Shown here piece by piece: positions 55,806-64,000 of a stretch of DNA of 64,000 nucleotides (positions are counted from its first letter, which is position 1; every line of letters starts with the position of its first letter). The notes below the pieces were generated by a model. The model did not search any database. It worked only from the letters and a program-made list of their open reading frames with translations, and was not told where the DNA came from. This stretch comes from Octopus sinensis (taxonomy: Eukaryota): assembly GCF_006345805.1 (NCBI RefSeq), contig NC_042997.1:31496001-31560000 (forward strand), written 5' to 3'. The position numbers and the translations under genes were made by a program.

Positions 55806-56010
55806 ATGTTTGTGTGTCTGTGTTTGTCCCCCTAGCATTGCTTGGCAACTGATGCTGGTGTGTTTACGTCGCCGTCACTTAGCGGTTCGGCAAAAGGGAG
55901 CGATAGAATAAGTACTAGGCTTACAAAGAATAAGTCCTGGAGTCGATTTGTTCGACTAAAGGCGGTGCTCCAGCATGGCCGCAGTCAAATGACTGAAACG
56001 AGTAAAAGTG
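55604..56010 (+). mobile_element. SINE family B, slightly 5'-truncated
   Basis: Matches the other B copies, including the internal (TA)n(TG)n. Confidence 0.9.
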
Positions 56011-56025
56011 TATATAAAAATAAGT

Positions 56026-56337
56026 GAGGGCGCGTGGCTTAGTGGTTAGGGCATTCGGCTCAGATCGTAAGGTTGTGAGTTCGATTCCCGCGACGCGTTG
56101 TGTCCTTGAGCAAGACACTTTATTTCACACGTTGCTCCAGTCCACTCAGCTGGCAAAAATGAGTTGTACTTATTTCAAAGGTCAGCCTTGTCACTCTCTT
56201 GTCACGCTGATTATCCCCGAAACTACGTTAAGGGTACACGTGTCTGTGGAATGCTCAGCCATTTGCACGTTAATTTCACGAGCAAGCTGTTCGTTGATCG
56301 TATCAGCTGGACCCTCGTCGTCGTAACCGGCGGAGTC
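56026..56337 (+). mobile_element. tRNA-derived SINE family C (CORE-like)
   Basis: A-box tggcttagtggttagg, B-box gagttcgattcc, CORE-like gtgtccttgagcaagacacttt...ccactcagctg. Confidence 0.85.
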
Positions 56338-56448
56338 TTAAAAAAAAAATATTAAAATAAACATACATACATACATACAAAAATACATATAAGTGTGTGT
56401 ATGTGGGCTTGTGTCCGTGTGTGTATATATATGTGTATATATATATAC

Positions 56449-56522
<74 letters not shown>

Positions 56523-57658
56523 AAGAATATATATATATGTGCGTGTGTGTGTGTGTGATATAATTTATCCTGTGTTGTGTTAGAGATAGAGACAATGGAA
56601 TGGCTACCAGTGACATATTCGTTTGTTTTGTTACTAACGTTCTCCTCATTTTATCACTCTCTATCTCTATCTGTCTAAGTCTTTCTCATTCCTTTGCCAG
56701 GAGGTAAATAGCCATCTCTCTTCCCCCACGTTTCCCCCTTTGAACATCAGTGAAGGAAAATAAACACGTGATCCACTTTAACTATGTCATCTAAATAACA
56801 TTCACAACAGATTTTACGGTAAAACAAATAAAATATATCTCTGTAAGCTATATCGAGACTCTTTTTTGCTTTTTGTTTCATGGTTTGCTTATTTATGTTT
56901 TTCTAAATGTTTTTAATGCCTACGTCAAAGCAAGTAAATTGATAAATCAATACTTATCGCAATCACATGAACAGTAAACATATAAAAAAAACACTTATAA
57001 CAAAACGAACCCTGGCACGCCATGTTAAGGTAAATTTAAATGGCCGAAAGCTGCGGTCACAAAACTTGGTTGATAATCTATTATTAGGAGAATAACTAAA
57101 ATGGAAAGTCAATAATAACCAGTGGTGATCCAATATTTTGAATGCCAGGCTCCTATTACTTCTACTGTCGCTCCATCACTATCATATTATATAATGTTCA
57201 CCCTGATAGCATAAAAATACGTGATGGTCATTTGATTATATGTGTGTGCTCGCTCGAGGTACATCTTGGTTTAAGCCCCGATGTTGTTCGATGTTGATTT
57301 CTTCTGCAACATTTGAATTCGATATGAAATGGAATGTTCTAGAAATAGGAAGATTCCGTAAGAAAAACAAAAATTTTAAGAAATAGACTGAAGATGCATA
57401 AAATAAGTAAATAAATAACTGAATAAACAAACAAACAAACAAACAAATAAATAAATGGGTGAACACAAAATAAAATATGCACAGCGCATGTCCAAATAAA
57501 ATTTAAACAGGCATTAGTAGCAGGAGGTAGCGCACAGAGAAGTGTGTGTGTGTGTATGTGTTTGCGTGTGTGTTTTTGTGTGTGTAAGTGTGTTTTGTTC
57601 CGTGTACATGTGTATATGTGTGAGTGTGCATGTGAGTATGTGTTGGTACGTGTGTGTC

Positions 57659-57698
<40 letters not shown>

Positions 57699-58278
57699 CG
57701 TGTATTAATGTATGAAAGTGTGCTTCTCTCTAAAGTTACTAATAAAACAATTTAATATTCAACTGAAGAATTACCCAATAATTATTTTAGTCGAGCATAT
57801 GTTTATCAAACTTTTACAAGGAGTGACTTCGAAACTGCGCCATGGTCTCTTTCGTCGAACTGCATATATTATATTCACTATACGTACACTGAACATCGTG
57901 GTATTCATTAGGAACATCGTGCGTTCAAAACTACCTTATACTTTACACTTGCTGGTCAGTTGGTAACTAACGAACCCTGATCTTGACAAACAAACACGAC
58001 GGCAAACATTGCAGACCAAGCTTTCCCCATTCATTACACTATCAGTGCGCTTTCTAGCAGCACACTTAAATTCTTCATGAAGAATACATGCTCTTTCAAA
58101 GTTATCGACTCCCTTCTTTACCTATTTCCTCCATCCTTGGTGGGGGCCAGCATTGCTCTTCCAGTCAGCCCCTGCTTTGCACAGGGCTTTAATGAGGACT
58201 TTACACAGTCATTAAATCGCAGACTTGGCTTCTGCCGGGATCGCATATACACGTATGTATCCGCAGTATTGGCTTCTG

Positions 58279-58420
<142 letters not shown>

Positions 58421-58442
58421 ACATACATATATATATATATAT

Positions 58443-58642
58443 AGTTAATCCAAACAAGAAAGCACAAAAAAACACAACAACGCGAGGACGTGGAACAAAT
58501 ATTGGACGCTCAGGAAAGAAGGAAAGAAGGAGGGTTTAACCTTTCGAGCGGAGCTCTTCGTCGGAAACATAGGAAAAGGAAAGATCCAGAGAAGGGAAGA
58601 AAGAGGAAAAAAATCGCCAACGGTACACACGCGGTCACATTT

Positions 58643-58645
<3 letters not shown>
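58443..58645 (-). mobile_element. Short Penelope-like terminal element with minimal hammerhead
   Basis: ~200 bp of non-repetitive sequence between (TA)n tracts, containing the HHR motif at 58534-58568. Confidence 0.55.
58534..58568 (-). ncRNA. Minimal hammerhead motif (U4C variant)
   Basis: Minus strand: guuu-CCGACGA-a-gagc ucc gcuc-GAAA-g g-UU-aaac. Perfect 4-bp stems I and II; stem III is AGGU, one change from palindromic ACGU. Confidence 0.55.
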
Positions 58646-58673
<28 letters not shown>

Positions 58674-59446
58674 CAATTTGTAAACAAGGAAAGCAAACAC
58701 TAAAGCAAGACATCTTCAAGTTATATATGTTATTATTATTAAAAATTATTAAGCAATCTTTATAGTCTTACAGACACAGACACAGATAGACACACACAAA
58801 CACACACACATATAGATAGATAGATATACTTACGTATGTATGTGCATGTGCGTGCGTGTATTTGTGGGAGTTAGCGTATAAACATGTGTAAGAGAGAGAC
58901 GGGAGACAAAAGTGCAAAAGAAATTAAAAGAAAGGAAAGTGAGAAAGTAGTACGAATTTCGGGCGAACAACGAACAAAGAGCGGTAAAAACCAAAATCGG
59001 TGAAGATCGTCATGTAAGAAAAGAAAAAGAAAAAAAGACATAAACTTTCGATCAGAAAGAAAGAAAGTAAAAAATAAACGAAAACAAATAAGATTAAGCC
59101 ATCTCTGTTAATAAATGAAATCATTTAATAGTTAATGAATGTATAAATAACGAGGAAATAGAACGAAAGATATAAAACAGACAATAAAATGAAAGCAAGA
59201 AATAGGTTGCTGAAATTTACGACCAAAATAGGAAGGACAATTTGCGAAAATTCAAATTGTTTTTGAGCCTATTATATTTATATTGATCTATCGCGCCATT
59301 ATCATTATCGCTATCTTATTTTTATTACTCTTAGACATTTTTCTCTGGCTTCTCTTTATTAAATTTTATACCGAATATTCTTACAGGCACTTTCTCAGAT
59401 GAGAAGAGTGGAGCATAGTCTGTCATGGAATATAATAATCCTGATT

Positions 59447-59638
59447 AAGGCGGGAAGCTGGCAGAAACGTTAGCACGCCGAGCAAAATACTTAGTGGCAT
59501 TTCGTCCATCTTTATGTTCTGAGTTCAAATTCCGCCGAGGTCGACATTGCCTTTTATCCTTTCGACCGCGATAAAATAAGTAGCAGTGTGAGAACTGGGA
59601 TCGATATAATAGACTCATCCTGTTCCCCAAAATTGCTG
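59447..59638 (+). mobile_element. SINE family A, diverged
   Basis: aggcgggaagctggcagaaacgttagcacgcc...gagttcaaattccgccgaggtcgac. Confidence 0.8.
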
Positions 59639-59639
59639 A

Positions 59640-59972
59640 CGTTCTACTGAATGTTCGTGGCGAGCAAGTACGTCGACGTTCCCTGGGAGACTGGACATTG
59701 ACGAGAATCAACTCACTCGTGGGATCCAGAAGACTTCGGGTCCAAGGCCGATGAATGATTTCCAGAAATCCTTGGCCTGGCAGTTCTACGAGGGACAATA
59801 CCGGTTTGGGATAAATTCTACAGACATGGGAGTACCATCAGCCGGGCTTAACTGTTCTACGCGCTCTTAAGCAATGCCAGAGCATTGCTGACTTATAGGT
59901 TTATGTCGAACACCTGCTATCTCGCGTAAGACGGATCCGACCAACGGCTGGGTCTATTGTGAACATCGACCA
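59640..59972 (+). mobile_element. Tx1/L1-clade LINE fragment (post-RT zinc-binding region), decayed
   Basis: Frameshifted GPRPMNDFQKSLAWQFYEG..PVWDKFYRHGSTISRA..TVLRALKQCQSIADL*VYVEHLLSRV resembles the zf-RVT region. GC-rich relative to its flanks. Confidence 0.55.
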
Positions 59973-59984
59973 AGAAGATTTAAG

Positions 59985-60490
59985 GGGTAGAAACATTAAG
60001 TATGATCTAAAATGGTCCATTATTTGTTACGAACCATCGTACAATACTGGTAATTTGAAATGTGATATCTGCCTTGAGGAAATGTATTACATAATTACTT
60101 CTAAATAGATATTATTGAATTATAAAGGTAATTTTACATTGAAATGTCGTCACTAATATAGAAAAGCATTTAAATTCTTCAGTTCTAAATAATCCATTAA
60201 TTACAAATGTTTTCATATCATATAATATGAATAATTTTTCTAAAATTATTAAGCATATATAATTAATAGATAACAAGTTGTTGTTGTGACGTAGAATATA
60301 TGTTTCTAATTGTCGTAATGGGGAATTCGTATGTTTACTTTCATTATCTACTGACGTTATCAGAAGTTACATACAGAACTGGCTTTTCTTAGAATATTAT
60401 ATTTCTTAACGTTCTTTTTGTATGCATTCGTCTACAAGCGATATTTTCTTAGTTTACATTTAATTTAATCAATTTTGGATTGCGCTGATG
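59985..60490 (+). pseudogene. Second Penelope-like GIY-YIG C-terminal fragment plus AT-rich 3' region
   Basis: ~59988-60156 translates to RNIKYDLKWSIICYEPSYNTGNLKCDICLEEMYYIITSK*ILLN...KCRH, the W.I..C.LC..E..LLN..CRH end of the PLE endonuclease. Confidence 0.7.
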
Positions 60491-60590
60491 CAATCATCGG
60501 TATTGTATGGTGTAATTACCAATCAAAGATGCGATTTTCTCCATTTTTATTTTGTTCCTACACACACACAAACATATACATACACACACA

Positions 60591-60688
<98 letters not shown>

Positions 60689-60690
60689 AA

Positions 60691-61012
60691 GTGTAACCTC
60701 TCGAAAGAGCTGTTCTTCACTCCTGCTCCAGAGCGTCGGCTGCGGGGTCATTCCGAAAAGCTCTATCTGCGACGATTTCATCTCAATCGAAGGACAGGGG
60801 CTTTCTCCGTCCGGGTTGCGGATCCGTGGAAGAAGCTGCCGGACGAGATGGTGAAGATGCCGACGACCGCTCGGTTCAAAGTCTCCCTTGACCACAAGTG
60901 GCCTGAACTCTTTACATGAACACCATCCTGTACATAACTCTAAGTCCCCCTACATGGCCTTGCTTTTTGCTTTTTGAGCCAAAAAATTAACTAACTAACT
61001 AACTAACTAACT
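60691..61012 (+). mobile_element. 5'-truncated CR1-clade LINE 3' end
   Basis: RRLRGHSEKLYLRRFHLNRR..FSVRVADPW..LP..V.....FK..LD..W* is the CR1 ORF2 C-terminus. Short 3' UTR and (ctaa)n tail. Confidence 0.85.
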
Positions 61013-61641
61013 TACATATATATAAGTAAAGGTAAGGTCTGTGGTTCAAGGCGTAAGATAGTAAGCTTCAGTCCGTAGGAAGTATAAAAAACAAGTTTCA
61101 GTAACAATAGTGGTTGATTGACGTAGAAGGTTGTAAATTTTTCCCGTATCAACGTTCGATAAGCTGAAAAAATTGGTTACCAGCAGCGGTTTCTGTGTAT
61201 GCGACTAGAAATCTAAAGTTATTGAGTGGAGTAGATATCTAAATGCACAAACAGAAAAATGTATACTAAGTACACAAATGGACAGAAAACAAAAGCGGAA
61301 GGTCCCTAATTCTTCATGAGTTATGAACCTGATGGTATTACTTAGTTTCACACCATTAATTCATTATACGTTTCATTATACAGTTTTGAGTGATACCATC
61401 TGGTTGATAACCGATGAAGAATTAGAGACCTTCTGTTTTTCTCCCCCCCCCCTTTTGTGCACGCAATGTACATTTTCCCCGTTCGTCTGTGCGTTTATTA
61501 TACGCTTTTTCGTTTGTGCATTTACAATACATTTTTTCATTTATGAAGTAACGCAACGCAACGCGCCCTGGCTTTTGTTACCAGTAAGTTTTATAAATAT
61601 ATACCAACACCCTGGAATTTCAAGAAATAGAAATGGACATA

Positions 61642-61813
61642 AGGCGCAGGAGTGGCTGTGTAGTATGTAGCTTGTTTACCAACCACATGGTTCCGGGTTC
61701 AGTCCCACTGCGTGGCACCTTGGGCAAGTGTCTTCTACTATAGCCTCGGGCCGACCAAAGCCTTGTGAGTGGATTTGGTGGACGGAAACTGAAAGAAGCC
61801 CGTCGTATATATG
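61642..61813 (+). mobile_element. SINE family B 5' half
   Basis: ggcgcaggagtggctgtg...gaagcccgtcgtatat, then unrelated LINE-like sequence. Confidence 0.85.
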
Positions 61814-61814
61814 T

Positions 61815-62742
61815 ATAATACTCCCGGAAGACAGCAGACTTCGAATAACAGTTGAGAGAAAACCACCAACATACTTCCTATGCGGCAAAAAGGGGCACAT
61901 GAAAGCAACATGTCCCAAGAAGGAAGAGGAAGAGGAGAAGAAAAGTGAAGAAAACAATACCGAAGAGGTAGTACCAACGAAAGAGACAGATAAAGAGGAG
62001 GAACCTTTCACAGTAGTAAACACGAGGAAGAGAAAGGAACGGGTGAATTCTCCCACAGACAGCCAAAAAAGGCTAAAGGAGATTGTGATAGAAGAAAAGA
62101 GAAATAGGTGTGAAGCACCAACAGAAGCAGTAGTGAAAGAAGGCACACAGGAAAAAGCAGCATTACAACTGAGAAAAAGGAAGCCTTCATAAAATTGGTT
62201 AAGATGTTTCTGCACGCCCGAACAGATCAGGACGGGAGCCGAAGCAAGCAGAAGTGAAAAGGAAGGGATATAAGTGGCATTTGGTCACTTATTCCAAACG
62301 TAAAGAAATAGAGAAAACTATTGTAAAATTTCAATCGGCAATAAGAGAAAAGCTGCCGCCAAGAAAATACCCGGAATACACTAAAGGAATAGTCATAGAT
62401 AAAGAGAGGTTTTTGAAATTAAGAGATATGTATGGACTTTTCATAGACCCGCTGGATGTTGAAGTCGAGTTTGACGTTAGTCACTCCGAAAAGCTCTTTC
62501 TGCGACGATTTCATCTCAATCGAAGGAGAGGGGCTTTCTCCGTCCGGGTTGCGGATCCGTGGTATAAGCTGCCGGACGAGATAGTGAAGGTGCCGACGAC
62601 CGCTCGGTTCAAAGTCTCTCTTGACCAGAAATGGCCTGAACTTTTTGCATGAACACCCTCCCTGTACATAACTCCATGTCCCCCTACATGGCCTTGCTTT
62701 TGCTTTTTGAGCCAAAAAAATTAACTTAACTTTAACTTAATT
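61815..62742 (+). mobile_element. Zinc-knuckle (ORF1/gag-like) remnant joined to the same CR1 3' end (62480-62742)
   Basis: YFLCGKKGHMKATC is Cx2Cx4Hx4C with the first C changed to Y, followed by a charged tail. 62480-62720 closely matches 60747-60990. Tail is (ttaac)n. Confidence 0.7.
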
Positions 62743-63291
62743 ACTAGTTATATACTGTAGAACAGAACATATCTATAGATTTTTAGCTACCACTGTATGT
62801 AACAGACATATTTAAACACCTTGTCTTTACAATAACAAATTGGACAGAAAATGAGGTATCAACTGGACTTAGTGTTAATCCTGTGTTTGGATTTCATTAG
62901 CGACCGAGGACCTTCTTTAACTGTCTATAGAAACGTTGCATATAAACCTATGATTAGTAAGTGCTTAAGTATATCGGAGAGACCATATGTTTTTATACAT
63001 AATGGATTGTTGGCCGCTTGCTGGTTAGTGATGAAATCCCAATACGGAATTGAAAATAGTTCAGATCTCTCTGTTTTTGTTGGGAAGATATTCGGCATAA
63101 CGTCAAGGTATTTACATCTGTCTATGTTATACGCTGTTAGGTGAAATGTATAAACGGTCCAGAATGGCACATATACACACAATTAATAATAATAATAATA
63201 ATAATGATAATAATAATGATAATGTTAATGATATTAATGATGATGATGATGATGACGACGACAACAACGACAAATAATAATAATAATAATA

Positions 63292-63336
<45 letters not shown>

Positions 63337-63349
63337 TGATGATTTCAAA

Positions 63350-63548
63350 TTTCAACACAAGGGCAGCTATTTCAGGGGAAGAATAAATTGACCTCAGTGC
63401 TCAATTGGTACTTATTTTATCGACCCCCCACCCACCCAACTTGATGAAAGCCAAAGTCGACATCGGCGGGATGTGAACTCAGAGCGCAGACAGACGAAAG
63501 ACTGCTAAGCATTTGTCCAACGCGTTAAAGGTTCTGCCAGCTTACCGC
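63350..63548 (-). mobile_element. SINE family A, diverged
   Basis: Reverse-complement match (ggtacttattttatcgacccc...aaagtcgacatcggcgg...gaactcag). Confidence 0.75.
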
Positions 63549-63628
<80 letters not shown>

Positions 63629-63804
63629 CATTGTAATAACAATAATAACAACAACAACAACAACAACAGCAGCAAGAAGAAGAAGAAGAGAAGAAGAAGA
63701 AGAAGAAGAAGAAGAAGAAGAAGAAGAGAAGAAGAAGAAGAAGAAGAAGAAGAAGAAGAAAAAAAAAGAGAAGAAGAAGAAGAAGTTCATTAACGATAAT
63801 AATA

Positions 63805-64000
63805 AAGCCCTTAAAGTTTGAAATTGCAAGAATTTGGAGTATGAAAACTGTAAAAGTGGTGTCTATAAAAACTGGTGCATTGGGAACTGTAAGTAAATAT
63901 GTAGACAAATGGTTGAAGGAGATTGGAATAGAATGTCTTATAGAGCTCCTACAGAAAGTTCACCCTTTATGGACAGCAAAGATTATCAGGAGGTTTCTAG
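63805..64000 (+). mobile_element. R4/Dong-like non-LTR retrotransposon C-terminal fragment (runs off the window)
   Basis: From 63808: PLKFEIARIWSMKTVKVVSIKTGALGTVSKYVDKWLKEIGIECLIELLQKV..TAKIIRRFL, the end of the restriction-like endonuclease region (EI.R.W...V.P...GALG...LQK...GTA.I.R). Confidence 0.75.

Overview
AT-rich eukaryotic intronic or intergenic DNA, most likely from an octopus. This is inferred from the very high (TA)n/(CA)n/(TAA)n/(TAGA)n microsatellite density and the SINE families present. I find no intact host protein-coding gene; almost all ORF-track entries are translated microsatellites. The window is a mosaic of mobile-element remnants: at least four tRNA-derived SINE families (about 25 copies), a decayed mariner, Tc1/mariner and hAT MITEs with TSDs, two non-autonomous Helitrons, one Helentron-type element, and fragments of CR1, RTE, Tx1/L1, R4/Dong and Penelope-like (GIY-YIG) retroelements. 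The main signal is a set of small non-coding elements in (TA)n tracts that carry minimal type-I hammerhead ribozyme (HHR) motifs with palindromic stem III. The best one (22735-23337) is a ~360-nt structured monomer with ~92-nt terminal direct repeats and a 5' inverted duplication, which fits a retrozyme / Penelope pseudo-LTR-like, possibly circRNA-forming element. A second notable signal is a SINE trimer joined at one exact internal site (52884-53454). All alignments and folds were done by eye. Family labels A-F are mine.
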